Origin: Mustelus asterias | Lineage: Eukaryota | Direction: 5' to 3' | Length of the DNA: 64,000 nt | Assembly: GCF_964213995.1 (NCBI RefSeq) | Contig: NC_135825.1 | Location: 24,118,001-24,182,000, forward strand | Shown here: positions 25,736-38,600 of the stretch, one piece after another | How the letters are laid out: every line of letters begins with the position of its first letter | How positions within the stretch are numbered: position 1 is the stretch's first letter | The notes under the pieces: generated by a model | Told to the model about the DNA's origin: nothing | What the model saw: the letters and a program-made list of their open reading frames with translations, nothing else | The model's database searches: none | Position numbers and translations under genes: made by a program

Positions 25736-25921
25736 GGGTGGGAATTTCCAGCTCTTCTCATCATTGGGATCTTGCAGTCCCACCGAAAGCTACCCCATGC
25801 ATCAGGTTCCCTGGGACGGGTGGGTGAATCAAGCAAAATGCCAGAAGATCCTGCCAGCGGCCAATAGTGAGCCACCTCCGTCACTGAAAAACGTGTCGCA
25901 GTGGGCCGGAAAATCCTGCTC
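25736..25921. mobile_element. PIF/Harbinger-type MITE
   Basis: TIRs gggtgggaatttcc / ggaaaatcctgctc. TAA TSD on both sides. Confidence 0.75.
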
Positions 25922-26015
25922 TAAATTTAACTGTCTACATGCGTTCTCACGTTACAGATTGAATCTCTGGGGAGCTTCCAGCAACTCTTCTTAAGAGTGT
26001 CCTGGTGAGCTCCAT

Positions 26016-26500
26016 AGCCCCTTCTTCAGGTGAGTGGGAATTCTGTTCACAAACAGGGCATATAAAGACACAAACTCAATTTACATGAATAATGGTTGGA
26101 ATGCGAATACTTACAGCTAATCAAGTCTTTAAGATACAAACAACGTGAGTGGAGAGAGCATCAAGACAGGCTAAAGAGATGTGTATTGTCTCCAGACAGG
26201 ACAGCCAGTGAAACTCACATCTCTTTAGCCTGTCTTGATGCTCTCTCCACTCACATTGTTTGTATCTTAAAGACTTGATTAGTTGTAAGTATTCGCATTC
26301 CAACCATTATTCATGTAAATTGAGTTTGTGTCTTTATATGCCCTGTTTGTGAACAGAATTCCCACTCACCTGAAGAAGGGGCTTGGGGCTCCGAAAGCTT
26401 GTGTGACTTTTGCTACCAAATAAACCTGTTGGACTTTAACCCGGTGTTGTTAAACTTCTTACTGTGTTTACCCCAGTCCAACGCCGGCATCTCCACACCA
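26016..26500 (+). mobile_element. Penelope-like terminal-repeat insertion with a long palindrome
   Basis: Arms 26016-26183 and 26216-26383. Hammerhead-like motif at about 26366-26403. TSD tgagctccatag at 26006-26017 and 26501-26512. Confidence 0.88.
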
Positions 26501-26512
26501 TGAGCTCCATAG

Positions 26513-29500
26513 GGTCAGAGGTCTGGGAGTGGGTCAACATGCCTTGGAGCTTCTGGAGTATTTTGAGGATTTTTGGTCCAGGGTCCGTGTTATTGAAACC
26601 AGGCGGTCTGGTTGGGATGACTGTGATGAGGCTGTTCTGTTTCTTTGGATAGTACCAAACGGCATCTGGACCAAATACGAACGGGTGTGCTCCATACTAG
26701 TGTGCATGAGGCGTTTGGCTTTTCAGTCCCAGATCCACACTCACTGGCCCAACGTCAAAGTCATTGGCATTAGTTTTCTCAGAGGTCCAGTTCCTTCACT
26801 TGGCCTATATTAGGATCAGCGAGGATAATATAAGGCTGAAGGATTGTAGGTATAAGGGGAGGCTGCCTTTTTAAACAATGACCAAGAAGGAGGTCAGCTT
26901 GAGAGAATCCACTGTTAAGACATGTGGCCCGATACTGCCTAAGAGCTCACACCCATCCAAATTCTTGGATGTCAGATTGTTACAGGTCCACATTGTTCAC
27001 TCAACTTCACTATTGGCTTTCAGGTGAAGAGGAGAACTGGTGACATGGGAGATCCCATTATTAACAGTGAACTGTTGAAAATGGCCATCTTCAAACTGGG
27101 GCTCATTATTTGAAATAATTTGCTCCAGGAATCCATGCACCTTGAAGATGAAATCCAGTGTGGTTGTTTGAAGCCTGATTATCTCTAACCATTGAGAATA
27201 ATGATCAATAACCATGAGGTATGTCTTGTTGAGGATATGAAAGAGGTCGAGGCCTAACTTCTACCACAGGCAGTGAGGAAAGACAGATGGCACTAGGGGT
27301 TCCATTGGTGTCGGAGTGGTACTGCAGATGTTGCGGCAGAACAGCACAAAATCCTGGATTATGTGTGTGATGCCAGCCAACATACCAATTTCAGGGCTCT
27401 CACTCTGCATTTAGGGACACCAAGGTGGCCTCCATGGAGGCTGTGATGAATATCTTGTTGCATTGGACATGGAATGATCAAATGATAAACAAGGAGGTCG
27501 TCCAAAATGGTCAAATGAGCTCGTTCCTCTGCATTTGTGGATATGATAATGGGTAGGCTTATATTTGGACCACCCGTGGAGACAGAGCTCCTGTACTTGA
27601 ACACATTTGCTATCCTCCTTTTGGGCACGTACAACATCCAGGAGCTTTGTGGTGGATATGGGCAGTGGGCTCAAGGTGGTGGAAGAAAGGGCTTCTACTT
27701 CTGACAACAATGTAGAACCAAGGGCAACAGCGTAGTCTACTAGGGCTGTGGAGAGAGCCATGCTTTGTGATTTGCCTGGGACATAGACAACTGTATATTG
27801 GTACCGCATCAACCGACTGTGAATGTTGAACAGAGGAGTGATATGAGGGACTTGTGGCCTGTTTCCACTTGAAAGGGAGACCCATCGGGTAATCAGAAAA
27901 GCACTCGACAGCCCATGTAACCACTAGGGCCTCTTTCTCAATTATGGCATACCTTTGTTCAGTTTCCATGAAGGCTTTCACATCAAAATAAACAGGTTTT
28001 CTAGCACTGTTCTTTGTTCAGCGGGATGAGAACCCCACTGAGGCCAGTGGAGGATGTGTTTGGAGTGATGGCCATAGGCAAAGTGGATGATGTTTATTGG
28101 ATTGATTTGGTTCACCCCCCTGAACCATTATTGGCCCTTCTGCAGGAGGTCCACTAAGGGTTATATATGTGTGACCAATGCTGGGATAAACTTCTCAACT
28201 GGTTTACCATCCCCAGGAGGTGTTGAATATCAATGTTGGATGTTGTTGACGAAACTCAGTAATAGTTTTCTGGATTGATCGTAACGCCATGCCATTGGAT
28301 GAAGTGTCCTAGGAATTGTAAGTTGGTCCTGGTGAACTTACATTGTTGTTCAGCGTGAGGCTCTCTTCCTGGAGTGTGTTGAGGACCTCCCTTACTCTGT
28401 AATCATGCTCAGCTTTTGTAGAAGCATGTGTGAGGATATCTTCCATGCAGCAGATCACACCTTGTTGGCCCAGAAGGATTTTGGATGTGGCAAGACGGAA
28501 TGTCTCAGGGGCAGACAAAATGTCAAAGTGGAGGTGGTTAAAACAAGATCAGTCAAAGGACACGATAAAAGTCATCAGCAGCCAAGATTCCTTGTTGAGG
28601 AACCCCTTGTTTCCAACAGGTGGAGTGTGACCTTTGTGTTCGATGGAGAAGGGCATCTTTCTGCATGGTACCTAACTGTACACACGATTCCTGCTAAACA
28701 GGGAGCAGCTTTGGTTGTGAATGACATAAAGGATCTCTGTTGCCCCTTGTGGCATAGTGTGGTGGTAACCTAACCCTTAGCATGCAGGTTCGTTTATCCC
28801 AACCCCGGAACTTCATATTGGAAGATTGAAGAGGAATTGTACAGAGCCACATGAGGTCATAGAGGTTTACACCATGGGAACAGGCCCTTTGACCCAACTT
28901 GTCCATGCCGCCTTTTTTTTTAACCACTAAGCTAATCCCAATTGCCCGCATTTGGCCCATATCCCTCTATACCGATCTTACCCATGTAACTATCTAAATG
29001 CTTTTTAAAAGACAAAATTGTACCCGCCTCGACTACTACATCTGGCAGCTTGTTCCCGACAGGCACCACCCTCTTTGTGAAAAAATTGCCCCTCTGGACC
29101 TTTTTGTATCTCTCCCCTCCCACCTTAAACCCTCTAGTTTTAGACTTCCCTACCTTTGGGCAAGGATTTTGACTGTCTAACTGATCTATGCCCCTCATTA
29201 TTTTATAGACCTCTATAAGATCACCCCTCAGCCTCCTACGCTCCAGGGAAAAAAGTCCCAGTCTATCCAGCCTCTCCTTATAACTCAAACAATCAAGCCC
29301 CGGTAGCATCCTAGTAAATCTCTTCTGCACTCTTTCTAGTTTAATAATATCCTTTCTAGTACAGATACCCCCGTGCCTGTGTCAAGCTTGAACCCTCTGA
29401 CCTCTAAGCATTTGGATCAGAAGTCCTGGGAATGCTGCGACGAACATTGCCTGGGAAGTGTGAGATATGCACTATTTTCCAGGGGTGGCATCATTTTCCC

Positions 29501-29620
29501 TGTTTGAGCAGAAGTGCTGGAAATGATTCCGTCCTGCCACACCCGAAACACTCAACTGGACAATCCTGCGTTTGTGCTATCGTCTGGTCCACAGCATAGA
29601 CAGTTCAAAATGGCGGCAGA
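26513..29620 (-). mobile_element. Degenerate Gypsy gag-pol (PR-RT-RH-IN order)
   Basis: FKLDTG (protease, ~29375), GVICCMED (RT), ETEQRYAIIEKEAL (RNase H), LHGGHLGV.KC (integrase Zn), IISNNEPQF (integrase core). Many stops. Confidence 0.88.
28855..29358 (-). mobile_element. CR1 3' fragment nested in the Gypsy element
   Basis: ORF 28932-29330 with RRRLRGDLIEVYKI, then CR1 3'UTR. Confidence 0.9.
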
Positions 29621-31472
29621 CGCATTAGCTGACTTATGTGCGTTTTGCAGGTTTGGGTGCTGACAATTACCGAAGCTTGAGTCCGGAATGTTCAGGAGTG
29701 AGTGGGCCATCCCCCCATCAGGTTGGGGAGACGTGGTGATTATTGATGATCCGAGTCAAGTCAGGCCCCACAGAAAAGGGGAAAAAACTGACCTGGATTG
29801 GTTGTAGAAATTTATCTTTGAGGTTTGAAAGCAAGTGGGGTAGGGGCAGTGACTCTTCTTGCTCTGCTGCCATCACCACCCGTCTACCATGAGAGCTGTC
29901 CGGGAAGTTTGAACTTCCAATGTGCAATACTCTGAGCTCCCCAGCACCATTCAATAAAGCCTCCAATTCCAAGTTACCACATGAATGATCCAATGGTGCA
30001 AGTTGAAACACAGCAGGGTTGTTCCACCCCCCAGGTATCCTGGCCAATATTTATCCCTCAACCACCTTCATTAACACAGATTATCCCCTCATCAACTCAT
30101 TTGCTGGGTGCAAATTGGTTGCTGCGTTTCCCTACTTTACAACAGTGACTACATTTCAAAAATAGTCACTGGGTTGACTTGAGAGTATGAAGGATGACTC
30201 GGCTGCAGTTATTCAGCTGACGTGCTACTTATGAATGCAAATCCTTTACTTTCCTTCACTTATCACCCACTGGAAGAAACGTTTTGAATATTTATCCCTT
30301 TCTCACTGTGATTCAGATATCACCAGTTAGATAGGAAATCTTACATTCAGCATCGGCAACTGAGGATATGAAGTAATACTCACCCAATGTACAAGACCAG
30401 TGTTAGGTGGCGTACCTGCAGGGACAGCATATTTCCAGCAGAGGGTGATCTTTACCAATTAAATACTAAGTTCTTATCAAAATGGCACAGAAGCCAAAAC
30501 AATTACTTTGCATTTGCAATGAAAATACAGATCAATATTACTTCAGATTGTATAATCTAATATCGCCTCACACCATAACAGTGAAAGTGCGCAGGTTTTC
30601 AGTACTATTCTTTGGCTGAAAGGTGGCAAGAAGGGAGAATGTGTGACTGAGCACCATTTTGCCAATGAATAGTTAGATCTTTATGATTCACTGGATAGGA
30701 AGGGCCGAATGGCCTACTCCTGCTTCTATTTTCTATCTTTCTATACCTTGGCTATCTTAGGTTATTTGGATTCATACAAACATACAAAATAGGAGCAGAA
30801 GTAGGCCATTCAGCCCCTTGGGCCTGTTTCACCATTCAAAAAAACTGTGGTTGATCTGTTTGTGTTTCGACTGCTTCATTCTCATTGACCCCTGATAACC
30901 TTTGGTTCTCCTTTCCAACAAGAATCTATCTACCTCTGCTTCGGCATCGCCACTTCCATCACCTTCTGAGAATTCCAAAGTCACACAAACCTCTGAGAGA
31001 TGAAGAATTTTTCCTCATCGCTGTCCAATAAGGCCAACCTCTAAATTTTAAAACAGTGGCCCCCCCATTTCTAGATTTACTCACAAGGGAGAACAACCTT
31101 TCCACCTCCACCTTATCAAGACTGTTCAGAATCTTAAATACTTCCATCAAGTCTCTCCTCACTCCAGTGGAAACAAGCCCAACCTAGCCTCATAAGACAA
31201 CACGCTCATTCCAGGTCACACATATATAAATAGTTATTTCGGTAATTTATCTTCAGTCATTGTGAATTGTACAAGATTAGGCCTTCGAAGAATGGTGATT
31301 TGTTTAGTGTCGAATTTGGGTCAGTTTATCGTACCCCACCAGAGAGCAGATCTCACACAGATAATAGCAACTCATTAGCTGGGGTGTAACTACAGCCAGT
31401 GCAACCAGCGGTTTACAGTTTAAAAGGAACTGAATCCACCCAATGTCCTGTCTTCCCCTGTTTAATAATAAA

Positions 31473-32180
31473 GGGTGGAATTCTCCATGCCCCCGCCAGC
31501 AGGTTTAACAGCCGGCAGGAGTGGGAGAATTCGGTGGGAGGCCCAAGGATCGGTTTTACGCCCACGGGATCTCTCACTGGTGCCACCATGGCGGATTGGG
31601 AAACCCGCTGGAGGCCAACATAAAATTGATTTGCATCCTGCTAATGGGTTGCAGATGAAGGAAAGACTACCCACACCCGATTCTCCGCAACGCCAATGGA
31701 AAAACACACTTGTGCAGGGCAAGTCTGGAACAACATGGCGCGTAGATTTCAGAACTCACTTAAACAATGCCTGGGGCTGCCTCTGGAGTTCAGGATGGAG
31801 GTCGATGGCAACCCTGGAGCACCACAGCAGTGGGTGGGGGGGAAGCATCTACAAGTGGACCTTCCAGATTCGGTATCCTGGAGGAGGTTCATCTTCTAAC
31901 CTCGGAATGCTCCCGAAGATCCATCTTCATTTTCAGGATTCTTCAAATAGCGGGTCTGTGATGTTGGGCTTATTTTCAATATGGCAACCAGATAGGATGG
32001 CGGACTTAGCGCCATCAGGCCCACCGCACCACAGAATACAGCGCAAAACAGCCGGGTGCATCGTTAATAAGACTGGGGCTGGAAGATATGTTGTGCCTTC
32101 TCATCAGCCTCCGCAGTGGGAAGACGTCCACGTTCCTGCCCTCACCATTGCACTTAGTCCCCGATGGGAGAATTCCATCC
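31473..32180. mobile_element. Non-autonomous TIR element (Harbinger-type)
   Basis: gggtggaattctcc / ggagaattccatcc termini with AAA on both flanks. Confidence 0.6.
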
Positions 32181-33239
32181 AAAGAAGTACACAATTGCCT
32201 CTAATCTCACTTCAGGAATTCCACTGGCACTCTGACGTGGACAAGTTGGGCCGAAGGGCCTGTTTCCATGCTGTAAACCTCTATGACTTCTATGAGGTTG
32301 GTGAGCGGTACACATCTGGATAAGCGCTGACTCTAAGTCAATGGCAGTGCAGCTGATTGTACACGGGAGGCTTCACCATCAAAACCTATTTCAAAAATAA
32401 TTCAAATCTTGCATTTTGAATGCCGCAGTTTTACAGATTTGTAAAATGGGGATGTTTGAGTTGCCTGAATCCCTACAATGAATTGTTAGCCTGCTTTTCA
32501 GCCAACAGGTAAGAACACTTCTTGTAGCAAATATAGCAATTAGTCGTTGGACACCACTGTACTATGGCATTCAGATTAGACTTTATCCATGAGATGGCGT
32601 ACCAGTAAAGAGAATTTGCACTTAAGCTTCCAAGATTCCATATCTCTCAATGGTCACGTGACTCTAATTATATACCTCTCCTAATTTAATTTTTTTAATA
32701 CAATGATCATTAATCAGTTTGTTAAGGAGAATTATATTTTGCACGTCAAATGATTTCTTTCCCCTCATCAGACCCCGGATCTCGCCATAGATTCAATTTT
32801 CATTCTTCAGTTTCTGCAGCTCTTGAAGAAGTTGGGGGAATTCCTGGTGGAATGCGACTTCTTTTCACAAGTATCTATAAACCTGTTTGATGCTGGGTCA
32901 CATTAGCTCCGCTTACCTTCATGTTGGTTGAAGAGGAAACATTTTCAAACTAGCATTGCAGGAATGGGGAAATATAAAAAGAAGGAACCTTCATTTATAC
33001 TGGGCAGGATTTTCCACCTCTCCCCCCCCCCCCCCCCCCCCCCCGCCCCGCCCCCCTTCCCCTCCAGCGGCATGTTTGTGGTGGCGGTGGTTGTCTGCCA
33101 TTAGTCAGTGGTGGGATCCTCCAGTTCCACTACTGTTAACAGGTTTATCTGTTGTTCGCACACCCTACCACCAGGGGACCCATGGTGGTGGGTGCAGGGG
33201 AGGGGGGCGAGGGGGGGAGGCTAACAAGATCTTTTTTTT

Positions 33240-33541
33240 TCAGTTTATTTATTAGTGTCAAAAGTAGGCTTACATTAACACTGCAATGAAGTTTCTGTGA
33301 AAATCTCCTAGTCGCTACACTCTGGCACCTGTTCAGGTCCACTGAGGGAGAATTTAGCATGGCCAATGCACCTAACCAGCACATCTTTCAGACTGTGGGA
33401 GGAAACCGGAGCACCTGGAGGAAACCCAGGGAGACACGGAGAGAATGTGCAAACTCCACACAGACAGTGACCCAAGCTGGGAATCGAACCCGGGTCCCTG
33501 GCGCTGTGAATCAGCAGTGCTAACCACTGTGCTACCGTGCC
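33240..33541 (-). mobile_element. V-SINE variant with alternative tail
   Basis: As 5025-5320. Other pieces at 24608-24772, 33700-33885 and 40126-40715. Confidence 0.85.
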
Positions 33542-36486
33542 ATAGATGGGCTCTGGTTCGCATCTAAACCACCAGCTGAAGTATTCACATTGGCAGTGCT
33601 AACTCACAGTGACACTAACAGTCGCAATCAGTAGCGCTGCTTTGCGGATAGACTCATCATCACTGGTGAGGACACTGACTGGCTCACACAGGGACACTGG
33701 CACCTAAACAGCACGTCTTTCAGACTGCGGGAGGAAACCAGAGCAACCGGAGGAAACCCACGCAGACACAGGGAGAATGTGCAAACTCCACACAGACAGT
33801 GACCCAATTCCGGCATATAAGTTTGGTTTATTTATTAGTGTCACAAGTAGGCTTACATTAACAGTACAATGAATTTACTGTGAAAATAACAACTCACTGA
33901 GTGAAAACAAAATTCTGTCATCTCTCCCCTCTGGTCCATTTACCATTATCTTCAATCTTCAGGTGCCCTCTCACCAGAGGAGTTGCCCAAAAGGAAGTTT
34001 CATCTCATGGAAATGTAGCCCTTTTGTGAGAATGGAGATTACTGAGAAAAAAAATACACTCTAAATGAAACAACTACCACTGATACGTCACTGGGTTATT
34101 TGTGTTAGTCATACTGGTCACATCAGGCCTGGCAAGTTCCCAATAATCACATGCAAAACATATTGAAGAAATATTCAAATGACTTACCTGTCTTCCCGCC
34201 AGTTTCCAGCGTGGTCTGATCTCCGACTATTCTCTGGCTCTGGGAGATGCGCATGCATTCCCAGCGCATGCGCAAATCCCGGGAAAAGGCCAATGACGCG
34301 ATTCGACCAGACCCGCCAGAAAAGTTGCAGTTCGCGATGGGAGAATTGGGCCCATAGTTCTTGAGAAAATGAATGGTTATGGGAAACTTTGACCTAAAAT
34401 CTGCAGGCAACGATGGCGACAGGAGTGTGTGTGTGCGCGCGTGCGTGTGTGTGTATATACGGAGGGGGTGGGTGGGTGTGGTGTGGGGGGTTGTTGATGT
34501 AAGCTGTTAACATTCACCATCATCACACATCTGGAACTGTGTACAACATCAGGATATTGGCCATGCACTGGTTAACCCCGATACAAGCTGCGCTGTGGTT
34601 GAGTGCTAGAATCAGTGAGAGCTTTAACCCCAAATCACTGTCAGAAAAAACCCATAAATAGTTACACCTTATTTAATTAGATTAACTGGGCTTTTAACAG
34701 TGATCTGAGCAATTCTGCTGAAAAACAGATCTGGACATGAATTTCTTTTATATAGCTGGGAGTCCTGTTTGACGATTAATTAGTAGATATTTTAAAGCTA
34801 AATATTCCAGCTTTTTCAGAATATTGTGACCTCTAGCTTGGTCACAGGTGAATATGCCAATCTTTAATCTGCTCTGTGCAAGATTTTACTTCTTTTAATT
34901 CCCTGTTTGGGGGGGCAATGGAGTTGATGGGGCGCCGGGACTGAGGGGGGGTTGTGTGGTGGTCTGAAAAGCCTGCAATGTAATTGGCTGCTTGAGAGCC
35001 TGACATCACTTCCAGGTCCACACTGAGCATGCCCAGTGTGGAACACTGCAATCAGTTGCATGGGATCACTGCACAGCAAAGGAGATTAATTTCTCGATAA
35101 CAAGCACTAGTGATCTCTCAGTGGCGACTGCCCTTGCTTCATCGCTGGATGCAAAATCCATTAACTCTGTCTGTCTCTCTCTCTCTCTCCACAGATGCTG
35201 CCACGCCTGCTGAGTATTTTCAACAGTTTCTGTTTTTATTTCCACTGAGTTGTGCCCAAGATTAGAACCTTGGATGTGAAGTAAAAGTTTAAGTTCTATC
35301 AAACCAGGATACCTGAATGCAGGTCCAATTCTATGTTCTATTAAGAGCTGTAGGGACAATATCAAGGTTTTTCTTTTCAAAGCTAACCTCCATGACCTCC
35401 CATTATCGGAGTTTTTCTCGAGCTACTTTTAATTTCCCTGCCTTTTGTGAGTCGGCAGTATTTGTTCCTTTGTAAGGCTGCAGGATAACAGCAGTCAAAT
35501 CCTATCCACAATGGGCACCAGCTAAGTATTGGGAGCTTTCTTCTGAATTGCATTCAGCACATTGTCAAACATCTAAAAATAGGTTAACATTTGCAACAAA
35601 ACTGAGGCGTCTCTTTTGTAAGTTCTTGGCGATGAGATTCTGCTTCAGCCACTCAAAAGGGGCACGAATCCAACAATGGGGCCTTGATAAAATCTCCCGT
35701 GGATGCTTCAGAATCTAATTTCAAGCCAGATATTAAAAGATTTAGGGGTGAAAAGTCATATTCATCTGTGGAGGAGAGAACTTTGCGACTGGAAGCAGAG
35801 AGATGAAAAACCTGTCAGGTAGATTGAAGGATCAAAAGGAACAAGGGATGGTAAAAATAAATAAATATTGTTTGGAATCCCTGAAGGGCAGAAGGAATTT
35901 TTAATGTCAGATTTTTTTTTAAAGCTTACGCACTTTGTTGTTGATTCATGAGAAAGGAACCCTGTCTAACTTGCATTTGAAGGAAGAAGCGAGTTGAAGA
36001 AGAAACCTGCTCAACTCCTTGCGTGTCCTAATTAATGGATTACAGAGCGAGAGGAAACATCTACAGTGTGAAGACAGACACAAGAGAGACTGCTTCAGAA
36101 GAGGAGCCATTTTTATTAACTCTCTGATCTCTCAGTTCAAACTCAGAAGAATTGTAAACAATATGATCGAACGAAGAAGCAATACCGCAACCTGGATTGA
36201 TCTCTAAGTTGTCTCTCCTGTCGGATTCTGAGTGCTCTGCAGGTTTTTAACATGCACCAACACGGATGTCAGATGTTAAAAACTTGTTGTGGGTTTTAAG
36301 GCAATATGATATGGTTCAGACCTTTCACGGATTTTAAAGTTTAAACGATCAAACATTTTATTTCTTTAGTGCATAGCGCAAGAGCAAGTTAATACAGCAG
36401 CAGAACAATTCAGCAAAAAAACATTTCTTTACCTGGCAGGCATTAATGAGGATCTTAGAATCCTAGAATCTATTTTAGCATGAGTA

Positions 36487-37165
36487 TAGAATCATAGAAT
36501 CCCTACATTGCAGAAGGAAGCCATCAGTCCATTGAGTGTGCAATGACTCTCTGACAGAGTATCTCACCCAGGCTCAGTGCCCTGCCCTATCCCCGTAACC
36601 TCATGCATTTACCATGGCTAATTATTCTAACTTACACATCTTGGGACACTAAAGAGCAATTTAGCATGACCAATCCACCTAACCTGCACATCTTTGGACT
36701 GTGGGAGAAAACCAGAGCACCCGGAGGAAACCCATGCAGGTGTGCATGGGGAGAACCCGCAAGCCCCAAACAGGCACCCAAATTGAACCTGGGTCCCTGG
36801 AAGAAGGGTGGCATGGTGGCGCAGTGGTTAGCACTGCTGCCTCACAGTGCTAGGAACCCAGGTTCGATTCCAGCCTTGGTCACTGTCTGCCTGGAGTTTA
36901 CACATCCTCCCCGTGTCTGCATGGGTTTCCTCCGGGTGCTCCGGTTTCCTTCCACAGTACAAAGATGTGTGCGTTTGGTTGATTGGCCATGCTAAATTGA
37001 TCCGAATGTCAGGGGGATTCGCAGGGTAAATGAGGGTTACAGGAGTAGGAGCTGGGTGGGGTTGTGATTGGTACATACTCAATGGGCCAAATCGTCTCCT
37101 TCTGTACTGTAGGGATTCTATGATTGTGAGGCAGCAGTGCTAACCACTGTGCCACCAGGCCGCCC
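36487..37165. mobile_element. Nested HE1 SINEs (plus copy ~36806-37124 inside a minus copy)
   Basis: The minus copy breaks at gggtccctgg and resumes at tgtgaggcagcagtgctaacc after a full plus copy. Confidence 0.85.
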
Positions 37166-38059
37166 ATAACAAGAGTATTTAATTTTGCTGGAATGTTGGC
37201 TATTAGGTGTATAGAAAGACTTTATAAGACTGATATATGCGCCGGAATTCTACCGCCCCGCCTGTCATGGAATCGTAACGGGCGAGGAGCAGTTAATGGA
37301 AACGTCCCTTGATTTTCTGGCCTTGGCTCGAGCGAGGTTGTAAAGACTCGCTCATGAGGTTCAATCCAATGGCCCCTTCTCTCCATGATTTGGGTCTTTG
37401 AACATGCTGGCTTCTTCATAGACCTTTAAATACAACAACTATCTGTGCTCTATAAAAGAATCAATTATTCCGAATAGAAATAGTAGTCATATGACAAAAT
37501 GTGGGTTGATTACGAAGAGCCAGCATAGATTTTTAATGGGAAAATAATGTTTAATTCACTTGCTGGAGTTTTCTTGAGGAGGTAACAGAAAGGATTGATG
37601 AGGGTAATGCTGTTGATGTGGTGGACCTGGACTTTCAAAGGGCATTCAATTAGGTGTCACACAACAGACTTGTGAAAAAAAATATAGCTCATGGAATAAA
37701 AGGTTAAGGGATAAATATTGGCCAAGAGGCTGGAGAGAACTGCCTGGTTCTCTTTTGAAAAGTACCAATGGAAACCTGTACATCCAGCTGACTGGGCAAA
37801 TAATTCCAATTCCAAATTTCTTCCTGCACCTAGCGGTGCACTAAGGCAGACTTTTGTCTGTTTCCATAGCTAGCTATTCCTGGAAAAGGTTACTAGTCTG
37901 TTGCCTGGAGTTTATAACTTGAGGGGTGCCACTCAACATCGAGCGTGGCTGACCAGGAGTCTCTCCCTCTCTTACCACCAATCATTGACATTTTGGAAGA
38001 ATTTGCAGTTGGAATTCAACCTGTTTAACCGCGTTATGAATGCACCTTCCTTGGCCACA

Positions 38060-38600
38060 GAAACATAGTAGCACAGAAAAAGAATCAGAAGTAGTCCATT
38101 CAACCCTTCAAGCCTGCTCTACCATTCATTTTGATTATGGCTGATCATCAAATTCAATATCCTGATCCTCCTTCCTCTCATACCTCTTGGTCCCCAAGAG
38201 CTATATCTAATTTCTTTGTGAAATCACACAATATTTTGGCCTCAACTACTTTCTGTGGTAGTGAATTCTATAGATTCACCCTCTGTGGGTGAAGAAATTT
38301 CTCCTCACCTCAGTCCTAAAAGGTTTAGCCCTTATCCTCAAACTATGACTCCTACTTCTGACTCTCCCACCATCAAGAGCATTCTTTCTGAATCTACCCT
38401 GTCTAATCCCATTAAAATTCTATGTTTCTATTAGCTCCCCTCTCACTCTTGAAAACCCAAATGAATGTAATTCTAACTGACTTAGTCTGTCCTCCTATGA
38501 CAGACCTCTCCTCATATGACAGTGAAGGTTTACCAGGAATCAGCCTGTAAGTCTTCGCTGCACTCTCTCTATAGCAAGGACATCCTTCTCAGATAAGGAC
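38060..38600 (-). mobile_element. Old CR1 3' fragment
   Basis: Similar to 12180-12975. Other CR1 pieces at about 20650-21110, 30690-31215, 37480-37705, 39170-39527, 48905-49245, 54230-54610 and 57205-57700. Confidence 0.8.

Noticed and set aside
31475-32323. 282-aa ORF
   Set aside because: It runs through a TIR element and a CR1 tail and has no recognisable domain.
34150-34352. NRF1-like GCGCATGCGCA motifs, CCAAT and a minus-strand splice donor suggesting a CpG promoter
   Set aside because: The segment ends in ggagaattgggccc, matching MITE TIRs, and similar motifs occur inside other MITEs here. A transposon origin is at least as likely.
35640-35806. Open stretch NGALIKSPVDASESNFKPDIKRFRGEK
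   Set aside because: No start codon or clear splice context, and no recognisable homology.
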